From the NCBI GenBank assembly GCA_963749075.1, contig CAVVLJ010000020.1, forward strand, positions 32,001-96,000: 64,000 nt of DNA. Direction: 5' to 3'. Position 1 is the first letter of the stretch, and the number at the start of each line of letters is the position of its first letter. Below, one piece after another: positions 52,667 through 62,585 of this stretch. The DNA is from an uncultured Pseudomonadota bacterium (GTDB taxonomy: Bacteria > Pseudomonadota > Alphaproteobacteria > JACZXZ01). The notes under the pieces are model-generated. The model was not told the origin of the DNA. It did not search any database and saw only the letters and a program-made list of their open reading frames with translations. The position numbers were made by a program, and so were the translations under genes.

Positions 52667-53071
52667 TCAGTCCCCGATCACTTGCAGCGTCTCCTTGCGC
52701 GCGGCAGCGGCGAGATCGGCATCGAGAGTGGCGAGCGGGAAGCCCTCGCGACCGGCGAGCTCGAGGTAGCTGGCGTGGTAGACGGAAAGCCGGTGCCGCC
52801 GCGCGAGCGTCAGAACGCCGGTTTCGTCGGGATCGCGGTCGATCGTCACGCCGAGGCGGGAGAGGCTGCGCAAGAAGGTCGATACGTTGGCTTCACTGAG
52901 CCGTCCCCGGCGCTCGTTCACGATGAGCGTGTTGCGGATCTCGAACCACCACAGACTCGGCACCCTCGCCTCGTCGCTGCGGATGCGCTCGAGCGCCAGC
53001 GCGGCCACTGGATGGTCTTCGTCGTCGAACGCCCAGCACGCGGTGACCGAGGCGTCGAGGACAAACGGCAT
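52667..53071 (-). CDS. vapC: VapC PIN-domain toxin
   Basis: FVLDASV, WWFEIRN, LSVYHASYLELA, LATLD; the usual YDA motif reads YHA. Confidence 0.85.
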   Translation of the reverse strand: MPFVLDASVTACWAFDDEDHPVAALALERIRSDEARVPSLWWFEIRNTLIVNERRGRLSEANVSTFLRSLSRLGVTIDRDPDETGVLTLARRHRLSVYHASYLELAGREGFPLATLDADLAAAARKETLQVIGD

Positions 53072-53316
53072 CAGTATTTGTGTCCCTCGTGCCGCGCCGA
53101 GAGAAGCTCGGCAAGCGAAATCCGCCCGGTGCTCCGGCGCAGCGCCTTGATGCCGGCGATCGCCTTGTCGATCTCCTCCTGCCGCCGATGCGCCTCGGGC
53201 ACCAGCCGCGCGATGGCACGGCCGTGGCGCGTGATGACGATGATCTCGCCGCGCTCCACCTCGTCGAGAAGGCGGGGTAGGTGCGTCTTGGCAGCCGATG
53301 CCTGGATTTCGCGCAT
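53071..53316 (-). CDS. Phd/YefM family antitoxin
   Basis: AKTHLPRLLDEVERGEIIVITRHGRAIARLVP. Confidence 0.9.
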   Translation of the reverse strand: MREIQASAAKTHLPRLLDEVERGEIIVITRHGRAIARLVPEAHRRQEEIDKAIAGIKALRRSTGRISLAELLSARHEGHKY

Positions 53317-53339
53317 GATGGAGTCTTTCAATCGGTCGA

Positions 53340-53353
53340 TTCGACTAGTCGAA
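53340..53353. promoter_or_regulatory. Palindrome, likely phd-vapC operator
   Basis: TTCGACTAGTCGAA perfect 14-bp palindrome upstream of the antitoxin. Confidence 0.6.
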
Positions 53354-53390
53354 GCATACCGATGCGCGGGTAAAGGGTCAATGGCGGTCA

Positions 53391-53420
53391 ACGAAAAACC
53401 CCGCCGGCTGGGCGGGGCTT
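53391..53420 (-). terminator. Intrinsic terminator after trxA
   Basis: Minus strand CCCCGCC-cagcc-GGCGGGG-TTTTTCGTT. Confidence 0.8.
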
Positions 53421-53446
53421 ACGCTGCGGCTCGGCGTCTGCCGGCG

Positions 53447-53767
53447 CTACAGCACCGACTGCAGCCACTCGTAGAGCTTGCTCTTGGGCAGGCTGCCGAC
53501 CTTCATGGCGGCCACTTGCCCCGCCTTGAAGAGCATCAGGGTGGGGATGCCGCGCACGCCGTATTTCTGCGGCGTCGTCGGGTTCTCGTCGATGTTGAGC
53601 TTGGCTACCGTGACCTTGCCGTCCATCTCGCTGGCGAGCGCCTCGAGGTGGGGGGCGATCTGCTTGCAGGGGCCGCACCATTCGGCCCAGAAGTCGACCA
53701 GCACCGGCACTGCTGCCTTGAGCACGTCGCTCTCGAAGGATGCGTCGGATACCTTGGTCGTCGTCAT
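53447..53767 (-). CDS. trxA: Thioredoxin
   Basis: [17 protein letters not shown]; follows addA. Confidence 0.98.
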   Translation of the reverse strand: MTTTKVSDASFESDVLKAAVPVLVDFWAEWCGPCKQIAPHLEALASEMDGKVTVAKLNIDENPTTPQKYGVRGIPTLMLFKAGQVAAMKVGSLPKSKLYEWLQSVL

Positions 53768-53857
53768 TTGTCAGTCCTTTCAAGTAGTCGGACGCGAGAC
53801 GCCAATCCCCTTGCAGCCTTCGCCGCTGCTGAATCTATGGGTTGCCTCGGCCGCCCG

Positions 53858-56800
53858 TCAAGGCGCGTGGGCGTCAAGCAAGCCATCCGGCAGGAGCATG
53901 AGGGCGGGCCCGTCGGTGAAAAGCAGGGCCGCGCGCAGCCGGCGGCCTGGGTAGATGCGCCGGAGGAGCGCGCGATAGGCCGCCATCTGCCTGAGATAGG
54001 CCACGGCCACCTCCTCGACCGCCGCGGGCGGCGCCCGGTTGGTCTTGTAATCGACGACGAGGATCTCGCGCTCGCCCACCAGGAGGCGATCGATCTGGCC
54101 CGAGATCACGCGGCCATTGACCTCGCCCACCAGCGCCACCTCGGCGCGCGAGCCCGGGCCGAAGAGGGGGGCTAACGCGGCATCGGCGAGCACCGCCAGG
54201 GTCTCGCGCGCGATCTCCTCCTGCGCCGCCGCAGCGAGACCGTGGGCCGCGCGCGCGAGGTAGCGCCGGCAGGCCGCCTCGCGCGCGCGAGGAGGCAGCT
54301 CGGGCAGCGCCTCGAGGAGCCGGTGCACGAGGAGGCCGCGGCGGAAGCGGGCGGCCCCATCGGGGCCGAGCGGCGAGCGCGCGGGCGGCTCCTCCTCTTC
54401 CGGGCGCGAGGGGGCCAAGGGGCGGGCCGGGACCGGCTCCGGGGCGGGAAGCGCGCGCGCCCAGGGCGGCAGGGGCTCGCCCGCCGCGTGCGGGGCCTGC
54501 TCCGTCCTCTCGCCCTCGGGGCCGACTTCCTGGGGCGAGGAGAGGCGCAGGCCTTGGCCGCTCCAGCCCTGGGCGATCTCGTGGCTGCAATCGAAGGCGA
54601 AGGGGGCGGCGCTCTCCGCGAGCCCCTCGCGTACGAGGCTCCACCAGGAGTCGGACGGCACCTCGCGCTGGCCGCGCCAGCCGCAGACATAGAGCCGGTC
54701 CGCCGCACGCGTCATGGCGACATAGAGGAGCCTGCGGTACTCCTCGTCCCGCTTGCGCTTGGCGGCGTCGCGCATCTCGCGCGCGAGCCCGTCCTCGAGC
54801 GCGCTGCGCGGCGCCCACAGGAGGCCCTCCTCGCCGCCGTCGAGCCAGAGCAGGCGCGGCGTGCGCTTGGGCGTCTCGACCGTGTCGGGGAGGATGACGA
54901 TCGGCGCCTCGAGGCCCTTGGCGCCGTGCACGGTCATGATGCGCACCTCGTCGCGGCTGGCCGCCTCGGGGTCGCGCTTGATCTGCGCCTCGCCCGCCTC
55001 GACCCAATGGAGGAAACCCTCGAGGGAGGGCACGTGGGCGCGCTCGTAGGCAAGGGCGAGTGCCAAGAACTCGTCGAGCGGCTCCTCCGCCTCGGCGCCG
55101 AGCCGTGCCACCATGCGCTCGCGCCCGCTCGGTGCGGCGGGCGTGCCGCGCCCGGCGAGCGCCTCGGCGAAGAGCTCGTAGGGCGGCGTGAAGTCGACGC
55201 GGCGCAAGAGGCCGGCGAGATAGGCGTGGGCCGCGGCGAAGGCGGCGTCCTCGTCGGCGCGGCGCACGAGCTCCGCCCACAGGCTGCCCTCGCGCCCGTA
55301 GGCGAGTGCGAAGAGCTGGTCCTCGTCGAGGCCTACGAGCGGGCTCTTGAGCAGGCAGGCGAGCGTGAGATCGTCCTCGGGGAGGAGGAGGAAGCGCGCG
55401 AGTGCGATGAGGTCCATCACCGCGAGCTGGTCCGTCAGCACCATGCGGTCGACGCCCGCCACCGCCACGCCGGACTGCTTGAGCGCGCGCACGAGCTCAG
55501 CCACGAAGACGGTGCGCCGGCGCACCAGCACCATGATGTCGCCGGGACGGATCCGCCGGTTCTTCGAGAGAAGCCGCTCGTCCGTGTCGAGCCAGCGCCG
55601 GATGCGGAGGGCGATGAGTGCGGCCAGCCGCGCCGGCGGCGAATCGCCGCGCTCGCGCGTCACGGGCGGTGTCCAGTCCTCAGCAGCCTCGCGCTCGCGC
55701 GGGGTGGCCACGGGCCACAGCTCGACGAGGCCGGCGCGGCCCTCGCGATGGGCGAAATGGCGCACCGTCTCGCCGGGAGCGGCAACGCCTTCGGCGGCTG
55801 CGGGCCGCGCGAAGACGCCGTCGACCGCCGCGAGCACGGCGGGCGTCGAGCGGAAGGAGACCTCGAGGGCGACGCTCCGCCACGCGGCACCGGCTTGCGC
55901 CACCTTGCGCGCGAAATGCCGCCGCATGGCCTCGAAGGCGTCGGGGTCGGCGCGCTGGAAGCTGAAGATCGACTGCTTGGCGTCGCCTACCGCGAAGACG
56001 GTGCGCGTGCCATCGCGCGCCCCCTCGCCCGCGAAGAACTCCTCGGCGAGTGCCGCCACCACCTGCCATTGGTCCGGGTTGGTGTCCTGGGCCTCGTCGA
56101 TGAGGATGTGGTCGAGGCCCTGGTCGAGCTTGTAGAGCACCCAGCCGGCGCCCTGCCGCTCGAGGAGCCGCCGCGTCTCGAGGATGAGATCGTCGTAGTC
56201 GAGCAGGGCCCGGTGCTCCTTGTGGCGCCCGTAGGCTGCGAGCACCGCGGCGCCGAGGCGGAGGAGGGCAACGCTCGCGGCGGCCACGGCCGCGGCCTTG
56301 CGCCGCGCTGCCTCGGCGGCGAGACGCGCCGCCTCGGCGGCAAGCGCCGCCTCGGCTTCCGGGCTCGCCTGGCGCACCGCCTTGGTGGCGAGCGTCTTGC
56401 GCACTTCGTCCTCGGCGGTGAGGAACTGGCGCGCGTATTCGCCGAAGCCCGCCGCGCGTGCCGCCGCGTCGGCGGCGAGCCAGGCGGCGATCGCCTCGCC
56501 GCGCTTGCGGTCCGCGGCCGAGCCCTGCGCGAGCGCCGCCGCCGCAGCCTTGAGTGCCGCCGCCGGGAAGTTTCCGTCGGCCGCGGCGCGCGCCTGGGTG
56601 CGCTCCGGCGTGTCGCCGGGCCGCAAGTCCAGACGGCGGTAAAGCGCTGCCGCCGCGGCCTCGAGACCGCCCGCTTTCCCGAGGAGGCGGGCGAGCCGGC
56701 CGCGCTCGCGCGCGAGCTCTGCCATGAGATCGCCGAACTCCTCCTCGGAAACGTGGCCCGTCACCTCGCGCAAGGCCTCGGCCAGGGCAGCGTCGCGTTC

Positions 56801-57310
56801 CGGCTCGGCCGCGATGAGCACCTCGTCGCGCGCGAGCTCCATGAGCTCGGCGGCGCTGCGCTCGTCGAGCACCTGGAAATGGGGGACGAGGCCGGCCTCG
56901 AGCGGAAAGCGGCGCAAGAGCGACTGGCAGAAGGCGTGGATCGTCGCGATGCGTAAGCCCTCTGGCGCATCCACGACTTGCGCGAAAAGCCGCCGCGCGC
57001 GCTCGAGTGCGTCTGCGGCCGGCGTCGCGTCGGTGAGGTCCGCGAGCCGCTTGGCAAGCGCGCCGTCCGGCACCGTCGCCCAGGCGCCGAGAATGGTGGC
57101 GATGCGGTTCGCCATCTCCGCGGCGGCCGCCTTGGTGAAGGTGAGGCAGAGGATGCGCGCGGGCGGCGTGCCCGCGAGAAGCAGGCGCAGCACGCGCTCG
57201 GTGAGCACCGTGGTCTTGCCCGTGCCGGCCGAGGCCGCGACCCAGACGGAGACCGCCGGTCCTGCTGCGATGCGCTGGTCGAGGCGCGCATCTCGCCCGC
57301 CGACGCTCAC
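53858..57310 (-). CDS. addA: Double-strand break repair helicase/nuclease AddA
   Basis: ASAGTGKT, LTFTKAAAAEM, IDEAQDT, TVHGAKGLE, LLYVAMTRA, GQIDRL..VDYKT. Confidence 0.97.
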   Translation of the reverse strand: MSVGGRDARLDQRIAAGPAVSVWVAASAGTGKTTVLTERVLRLLLAGTPPARILCLTFTKAAAAEMANRIATILGAWATVPDGALAKRLADLTDATPAADALERARRLFAQVVDAPEGLRIATIHAFCQSLLRRFPLEAGLVPHFQVLDERSAAELMELARDEVLIAAEPERDAALAEALREVTGHVSEEEFGDLMAELARERGRLARLLGKAGGLEAAAAALYRRLDLRPGDTPERTQARAAADGNFPAAALKAAAAALAQGSAADRKRGEAIAAWLAADAAARAAGFGEYARQFLTAEDEVRKTLATKAVRQASPEAEAALAAEAARLAAEAARRKAAAVAAASVALLRLGAAVLAAYGRHKEHRALLDYDDLILETRRLLERQGAGWVLYKLDQGLDHILIDEAQDTNPDQWQVVAALAEEFFAGEGARDGTRTVFAVGDAKQSIFSFQRADPDAFEAMRRHFARKVAQAGAAWRSVALEVSFRSTPAVLAAVDGVFARPAAAEGVAAPGETVRHFAHREGRAGLVELWPVATPREREAAEDWTPPVTRERGDSPPARLAALIALRIRRWLDTDERLLSKNRRIRPGDIMVLVRRRTVFVAELVRALKQSGVAVAGVDRMVLTDQLAVMDLIALARFLLLPEDDLTLACLLKSPLVGLDEDQLFALAYGREGSLWAELVRRADEDAAFAAAHAYLAGLLRRVDFTPPYELFAEALAGRGTPAAPSGRERMVARLGAEAEEPLDEFLALALAYERAHVPSLEGFLHWVEAGEAQIKRDPEAASRDEVRIMTVHGAKGLEAPIVILPDTVETPKRTPRLLWLDGGEEGLLWAPRSALEDGLAREMRDAAKRKRDEEYRRLLYVAMTRAADRLYVCGWRGQREVPSDSWWSLVREGLAESAAPFAFDCSHEIAQGWSGQGLRLSSPQEVGPEGERTEQAPHAAGEPLPPWARALPAPEPVPARPLAPSRPEEEEPPARSPLGPDGAARFRRGLLVHRLLEALPELPPRAREAACRRYLARAAHGLAAAAQEEIARETLAVLADAALAPLFGPGSRAEVALVGEVNGRVISGQIDRLLVGEREILVVDYKTNRAPPAAVEEVAVAYLRQMAAYRALLRRIYPGRRLRAALLFTDGPALMLLPDGLLDAHAP

Positions 57311-60270
57311 TCGCCGCCCTCCTCGACCGCCGACCATTCCTTGACGCGCGCGAGATGCTCGTAGTCGCTGTAGGCGGGTGCCGCATCGGGCCGCGGGCGC
57401 GCCGCGTAGGGTGTCGCGGCATCGTCGAAGGCCGCGATGAGGCGGAGGAGCCCCGCGCGCGCCGCCTCCGCGAGCTCGCGAGGAGCGCCCTCTATCGGCT
57501 TCTCCTCGCCCGGCGGGTCGCCGCCCGAGAGCCGCCAGAAGGCGAGCGTCTCGACGGCTGCGGCCTCGAGACCTGGGAAGGCGCCCGCCATCGCCATCGC
57601 CGCCTCGAGGGGAAGCTGCGGGGCGAAGCCGGCTGCGACCTCGGCCGGGCTCGGCACGCGGCCGGTCTTGTAGTCGATGATGGCGAGCCCGCCCGAAGCC
57701 AGGCGGTCGATGCGGTCGGCCCGCGCCTTGAGGAAGAAGGCGCCGCCCGGCGCCTCGAGCGTCATGAGGCCGCTCGCCTCCGTGCGGCTCTCGGCGAGAA
57801 GCGGCCGCCGCAGCCGCTCCTGCGCCACGAACCAGTCGGCGATGCGCACGAAGCGCGGCCACCAGAAGGCGCGCACGCCGGGCCGCTCGAGCGCCGCCCC
57901 GAAGGCCTCGGCGCCGATGGCGAGGAGGCGCTCGACCGCGTCCTCCGGCAGCGCTCCGTCGTGGCGCTGGACGAAGAGGTCGAGTGCGCGGTGGATGAAG
58001 CTGCCGCGCTCGGCCACGCTCGGGTCCGCGTCGAGCGCATCGAGGGCCGCAAGACGCAGCACGTGCTTGGCATAGATGGCGTAGGGATCGCGCATCCAGG
58101 TCTCGATCTCGGTGACCGAGAGCCGCCGCGGCCTTGCCTCGAGCGGCGGGCGCGGCGCCGGTGCTGCGAGCGGCGGCTGTGGCTCCCGCGGCTCGTCGAG
58201 TGCGGCCTGCCAGTGGAGCCGGTCGGGCGCTGCGAGCCGCGCGGGCTCGAGCTCGACCGCGCGCAGCAGGCTGTCGAGGCGCAAGAGCCAGCGCGCCGGC
58301 ACGCTCGGCGTGCCCTCGACCTTGAGCGCGCGGGTCAGCACCACCTCGGGCGCCGCCGCTCCTTGCGCGAAGTCGTGGGCCGAGAGGCCGATGCGCCGCT
58401 CCGCCTCGGGCAGGCCGAACTCGGCGCGCATGGGCCGCGACATCCAGGGATCGACGGGCGGGGCCGCCGGCCAGGTGCCCTCGTTCAAGCCGCCGAGGAT
58501 GAGGAGATCGGCGTGCTGGAGGCGCGCCTCGAGCGGACCCCAGATGGCGAGCCGCGGATGGCGGCCGTAGTGCTGCCGCACCACCCGTCCGGCGAGGAGC
58601 GAGGCGAAGAATGCCGGGTAGGCGCCGGGCGCGAATGAAGTGAGCCTCGCCGCACTTTCCGCAAGCTCTGCCACGAAGCCCGCCGCTTCCTCGCCCAACT
58701 CGCCCGACCACAGGCGCTCGGCCCCCGCTTGCCCGTGCGCCGCCGACAGCGCCTCGGCCGCCGCGACGTGGGCGGCGATGAGCTCGGCCGCCACGGCGGA
58801 GCGCCGCGCCATGAGCTTGAGGAGGGGGCCGAGCGCTGCCGCCAGGCAATCGATGAGCTTGGCAACGACCAGGCGCTCCTCCTCGTGCGCGAGCGAGCGC
58901 GCCGCCGAGCGCAGGCCCTTGAGGCCCGCGGCCGGCCGCGGACCGCGCAAGACCGCGAGCTCGAGGCGGCGGGCGTCGTGGCGGAAGGCGGCGGGCTCAC
59001 GGCCGCCCGCGGCAAGCGGGTGCTTCAGGAGGGCTATGAGGGCGAGCGGGGCGAGCTCCTCGGCCGCGGCCTCGGCAACGAGGCGGAGGAAGCTGCCTGG
59101 CGGCGTCGCGTCGAGCGGGGTGCCCGCCGAATCGTCAACCCCGATGCCCCAGCGCAGGAGCTCGGCTGTGACGCGGCGCGCGAGCGCCCGGTCGGGGGTG
59201 ACGAGGGCGGCACTCCGCCCCGGCGTCTCGAGCGCCTCGCGCATGAGGAGGGCGATGACGCCCGCCTCCTCGCGCGGGCTCGGGCAGTCGATGCGGCTCA
59301 GGCCCTCGAGCGCCTCGGCGGGCAGCCCGCCCAGGCGGCGCCAGGCGTCGGTCGAGCCGGCGGGACGCATGGCCTCGGCGATGAGGGCGGCGCGCGCGGG
59401 GGGCGATGCCGGCAATCCCGCGCACGGCCACTCCTGCACATCGCCGCGCGCGATGCCGATATGCTCGAGGAGGCGCTTCAAGCCGAATTGCGGATGGCTC
59501 GGCTCGAGCATCTCCCAGGCATCGCCGTCGCTCTCCTGGTCGAGGCCGGGCAGCACGACGCGGCCCGTCGGCAGCGTGGCGATGAGTGCCAGAAGATCGG
59601 CGGTCGCCGGGATGCTGCCGGTCGAGCCCGCGGCGATCACCGGATGGGCCGGCGGCCGCTCGCGCCAGAGCGTGGCCTGGGCCTCGATGAGGCGGTTGCG
59701 CCGCTCAGCCGGATCGATCGCCCCCTCCGCCGCGAGCAGCCTGGGCCAATGCTCGGTGACGATCGCGAGGAAGCGAAGTGTCACCTGCCAATGCTCGGCA
59801 TAGCGTTCGGGCACCAGGCCCGCGAGCCGCTCGAAGCCGATGCGCTCGGTCGCCGCCTGGTCGATGAGCCGCCCGAGCTCGGCCGCGAGCTCGACCGACT
59901 GGGCGAGGCTGTGCTGGCCGAGCTTGCGGATGAGCTCGGCGAGCAGCAGGCGGCGGCGCAGCTCCGGGATGGCGGGTGGGATGTCGAGTGCCGCATCGGC
60001 GAGCGGGGCCTCGTCCGCGGCGAAGGCGAGCGCCTCCTCGTCGATGTCGCCGATCGGCGTCATGCGCGGCAGGAGCAACGCCTTCCCGGCGGAGAGTCGC
60101 AGGAAGGCCTCGCGCAAGCTGCGCACCGCGCGCCTGGTCGGCAGCAGCACGGCGATGCGGCTCAATGCCAAGGGATCGCCGGCCGTCTCGCGCAAGAGCT
60201 CGGCGGCGAGCGCATCGACGAAGGCGACGCCCGGCGGGATCGTATAGACGCTCGGCCTGCCGGCGCTCAT
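57307..60270 (-). CDS. addB: Double-strand break repair protein AddB
   Basis: LLPTRRA, AAGSTGSIPATA, ALVTPDR, DPYAIYA, RADRID..IIDYKTG. Confidence 0.96.
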   Translation of the reverse strand: MSAGRPSVYTIPPGVAFVDALAAELLRETAGDPLALSRIAVLLPTRRAVRSLREAFLRLSAGKALLLPRMTPIGDIDEEALAFAADEAPLADAALDIPPAIPELRRRLLLAELIRKLGQHSLAQSVELAAELGRLIDQAATERIGFERLAGLVPERYAEHWQVTLRFLAIVTEHWPRLLAAEGAIDPAERRNRLIEAQATLWRERPPAHPVIAAGSTGSIPATADLLALIATLPTGRVVLPGLDQESDGDAWEMLEPSHPQFGLKRLLEHIGIARGDVQEWPCAGLPASPPARAALIAEAMRPAGSTDAWRRLGGLPAEALEGLSRIDCPSPREEAGVIALLMREALETPGRSAALVTPDRALARRVTAELLRWGIGVDDSAGTPLDATPPGSFLRLVAEAAAEELAPLALIALLKHPLAAGGREPAAFRHDARRLELAVLRGPRPAAGLKGLRSAARSLAHEEERLVVAKLIDCLAAALGPLLKLMARRSAVAAELIAAHVAAAEALSAAHGQAGAERLWSGELGEEAAGFVAELAESAARLTSFAPGAYPAFFASLLAGRVVRQHYGRHPRLAIWGPLEARLQHADLLILGGLNEGTWPAAPPVDPWMSRPMRAEFGLPEAERRIGLSAHDFAQGAAAPEVVLTRALKVEGTPSVPARWLLRLDSLLRAVELEPARLAAPDRLHWQAALDEPREPQPPLAAPAPRPPLEARPRRLSVTEIETWMRDPYAIYAKHVLRLAALDALDADPSVAERGSFIHRALDLFVQRHDGALPEDAVERLLAIGAEAFGAALERPGVRAFWWPRFVRIADWFVAQERLRRPLLAESRTEASGLMTLEAPGGAFFLKARADRIDRLASGGLAIIDYKTGRVPSPAEVAAGFAPQLPLEAAMAMAGAFPGLEAAAVETLAFWRLSGGDPPGEEKPIEGAPRELAEAARAGLLRLIAAFDDAATPYAARPRPDAAPAYSDYEHLARVKEWSAVEEGGE

Positions 60271-60995
60271 CGCCGCTCTCGGGCCGCGATGCGCGCGAGC
60301 GACGCCTCGGCAAGGCCGATGCCCTCGAGCGTGCCGACGTGGAAATAGGCGCCCTCGTGCGCGAGGCCGAAGAGGCGGCCCGCGGCGATCGCGCGGTCCC
60401 ACAGCGGGTTGAGCGAGAGCTTGCCCAGGGCGACGCCGTCGAAGAGCCGCGGCGAGAGAAGCTGGACGCCGATGTAGATGAAAGCACCCTCGCTATCCGC
60501 AGCACGCCGCGCGAGCCTGCCGTCGGCAGCGAGGTCGAAATCGCCGCGCCCCTCATAGCCGGGCGCACCCTCGCGCGGTGCCACGAGGAGGAGTGCATCC
60601 ATGCGCCGCTCGTCCCACGCCGAGGCGAGGCGGAGGAGCGTGTCGGCGGCGCCGTCGAGCCAGAGGGCGTCGCTGTTGACCGCATAGAATGGATGCGGCC
60701 CCAGGTGCGTCAGCGCCTTCAAGATGCCGCCGCCGGTCTCGAGGAGCTCGGGCTCGTGGGAGAGGATGATGCGCGGGCGCGTGCGGGAGGCGAGATGGCG
60801 CTCGATCTCCGCCGCGAGATGGTGGGTGTTGACGACCGCCGCCTCGACGCCGGTAGCGGCGAGATGGTCGAGCACGCGGTCGAGGAGCGTGCGGCCGGCG
60901 ACCCGAACAAGCGGCTTGGGCGTGCGCTCGGTCAAGGGGCGCATGCGGAGGCCGAGCCCGGCCGAGAGCACGATGGCGCGCTTGGGCCGCGTCAC
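60267..60995 (-). CDS. murU: Nucleotidyltransferase, MurU-like
   Basis: AGLGLRMRPLT..PKPL, LLETGGG, NSDALW; position after amgK. Confidence 0.8.
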   Translation of the reverse strand: MTRPKRAIVLSAGLGLRMRPLTERTPKPLVRVAGRTLLDRVLDHLAATGVEAAVVNTHHLAAEIERHLASRTRPRIILSHEPELLETGGGILKALTHLGPHPFYAVNSDALWLDGAADTLLRLASAWDERRMDALLLVAPREGAPGYEGRGDFDLAADGRLARRAADSEGAFIYIGVQLLSPRLFDGVALGKLSLNPLWDRAIAAGRLFGLAHEGAYFHVGTLEGIGLAEASLARIAARERR

Positions 60996-62002
60996 GTTCG
61001 CACCCGGCACTCGGGCACGCGCCGCATCTCGGGCGGGATGTGGCGTGCCAGCCACGCGCGCAGCGGTGCGAGCGCCGGCTGCTCGGCCGCGGCCTCGATG
61101 AGGCGCCAGACGCGGGGGATATGGTCGAGGTAGCGGGGCTTGCCGTCGCGCAGGCAAAGCCGGGTGAAGACGCCGACGATGCGCAGGTTGCGTTGCGCGC
61201 TCATGATGGCTGAGGAGCAGGCGAAGGCCGCGGGGTCGAGCGCCGGGAAGGCGGCGAGGTAATGCGCCAGGAGCTCGCACTTGAGCTCGGCGGGCACGTC
61301 GCGCCGCGCATCATCGAGGAGGGACACGAGGTCGTAGGTGACGGGCCCGATCACCGCGTCCTGGAAATCGAGCAGGCCGCAGGCGGCGACGCCCGCGCGG
61401 CCGGCGAGCAGCATCAGGTTGTCGGGGAAGTAGTCGCGCAGCACCAGGCTCGCCGGCACCGCGCGCGCGTGGGGCAGCACCTCCTGCCAGGCAGCCAGAT
61501 ATTCGGCGCGCAAGGGCTCGGGCGTCGCGGCACCCGTGATCGCGGGGAGATACCAGTCGAGGAGGATCGTTGCCTCGCTCAGCATGTGCGCGTCGTCATA
61601 GGCGGGGAGCCGGATGCTGCTCGCGCGCGGGCTGCCGTGGAGCGCTATGAGGGTGTCGACGGCGAGCCGGTAGAGCGCACGCTTGTCGCCCGCGCAATCG
61701 ACGAGTGCCGCCATGTTGGCGTCGCCGAAGTCCTCGATGAGGAGGAGCCCGGCCGCCTCGTCCGCCGCCTCGATACGCGGGGCGGAGAGGCCGAGCGAGA
61801 CGATATGGCGCGCCACCGCGACGAAGGGCCGCACGTTCTCCCGGGGCGGGGGTGCCACCATGAGCACGATGCGGCGTCCGGCACCGTCGGTGAGCCGCTC
61901 GTAGCGGCGGAAGGAGGCGTCGCCCGCAAGCGGGCGGCGTGCGGCGCCCGCCCAGCCGCTCGCCGCAAGGAAGGCCTCGATGGCAGCACCGCGCGCGCTC
62001 AC
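60992..62002 (-). CDS. amgK: Aminoglycoside-phosphotransferase family sugar kinase, AmgK-like
   Basis: LAGDASFRRY, RDY..NL, LDFQDA, YDLVSLL. Confidence 0.82.
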   Translation of the reverse strand: MSARGAAIEAFLAASGWAGAARRPLAGDASFRRYERLTDGAGRRIVLMVAPPPRENVRPFVAVARHIVSLGLSAPRIEAADEAAGLLLIEDFGDANMAALVDCAGDKRALYRLAVDTLIALHGSPRASSIRLPAYDDAHMLSEATILLDWYLPAITGAATPEPLRAEYLAAWQEVLPHARAVPASLVLRDYFPDNLMLLAGRAGVAACGLLDFQDAVIGPVTYDLVSLLDDARRDVPAELKCELLAHYLAAFPALDPAAFACSSAIMSAQRNLRIVGVFTRLCLRDGKPRYLDHIPRVWRLIEAAAEQPALAPLRAWLARHIPPEMRRVPECRVRT

Positions 62003-62487
62003 CGCCGCAACTCCGCGAGCCGCGCCGACCAGCCGCCGTGGCCCGCGAGGCGGCAGCGCCGCGCCGCAGGTCCATCGGCGAACTCGAGCGCCACCTCGAG
62101 ACGCTCGCGCGGCAGGAGTGCTGCCAAGCGCTCGGGCCATTCGATGAGGCTCACCCCTTCGGCGAAAGCCTCCTCGATGCCGAGCTCATAGGCATCCTCC
62201 GGCAGCACGAGGCGATAGAGATCGAAGTGGTAGAGCTTGAGCGGCGGCAGCTCATAGAGCTGCACGAGGGTGAAGGTCGGGCTCGGCACCTCCTCGGTGC
62301 CGCCGAGCGCTCGGATGAAAGCGCGCGCGAAGGCCGTCTTGCCGACGCCGAGAGGACCTGAGAGCGCCAGCACGTCGCGCGGCCGCGCAAGGCGCGCCAG
62401 TGCCGCCGCGAGCCGCCCCGTCGCCGCGAGATCGGCGAGCTCGAGCTCGCGCTGTCCGGCGGAGACGTCCGAAACTCCCTGGCTCAT
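61999..62487 (-). CDS. tsaE: tRNA threonylcarbamoyladenosine biosynthesis ATPase
   Basis: GPLGVGKT, VPSPTFTLVQ, HFDLYRL, LIEW. Confidence 0.96.
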   Translation of the reverse strand: MSQGVSDVSAGQRELELADLAATGRLAAALARLARPRDVLALSGPLGVGKTAFARAFIRALGGTEEVPSPTFTLVQLYELPPLKLYHFDLYRLVLPEDAYELGIEEAFAEGVSLIEWPERLAALLPRERLEVALEFADGPAARRCRLAGHGGWSARLAELRR

Positions 62488-62546
62488 CCCTCACCCTCCC
62501 ATTGCTGCGCAATGGGCCCCTCCCTCTCCCGCAAGCGGGAGAGGGA
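62485..62546. repeat. Palindromic repeat (same family as the 40971 element)
   Basis: CATCCCTCACCC, CCCATTGC-t-GCGCAATGGG and CCCTCTCCCGC-aa-GCGGGAGAGGG hairpins. Confidence 0.75.
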
Positions 62547-62585
62547 TTTCAGGCCATCTTCGAATGGCGAGGAGAGCCCTGCAAG

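Noticed and set aside
61420-61445. AmgK motif RDYFPDNL lacking the usual His
   Set aside because: That position varies among AmgK homologs; catalytic Asp and Asn are present
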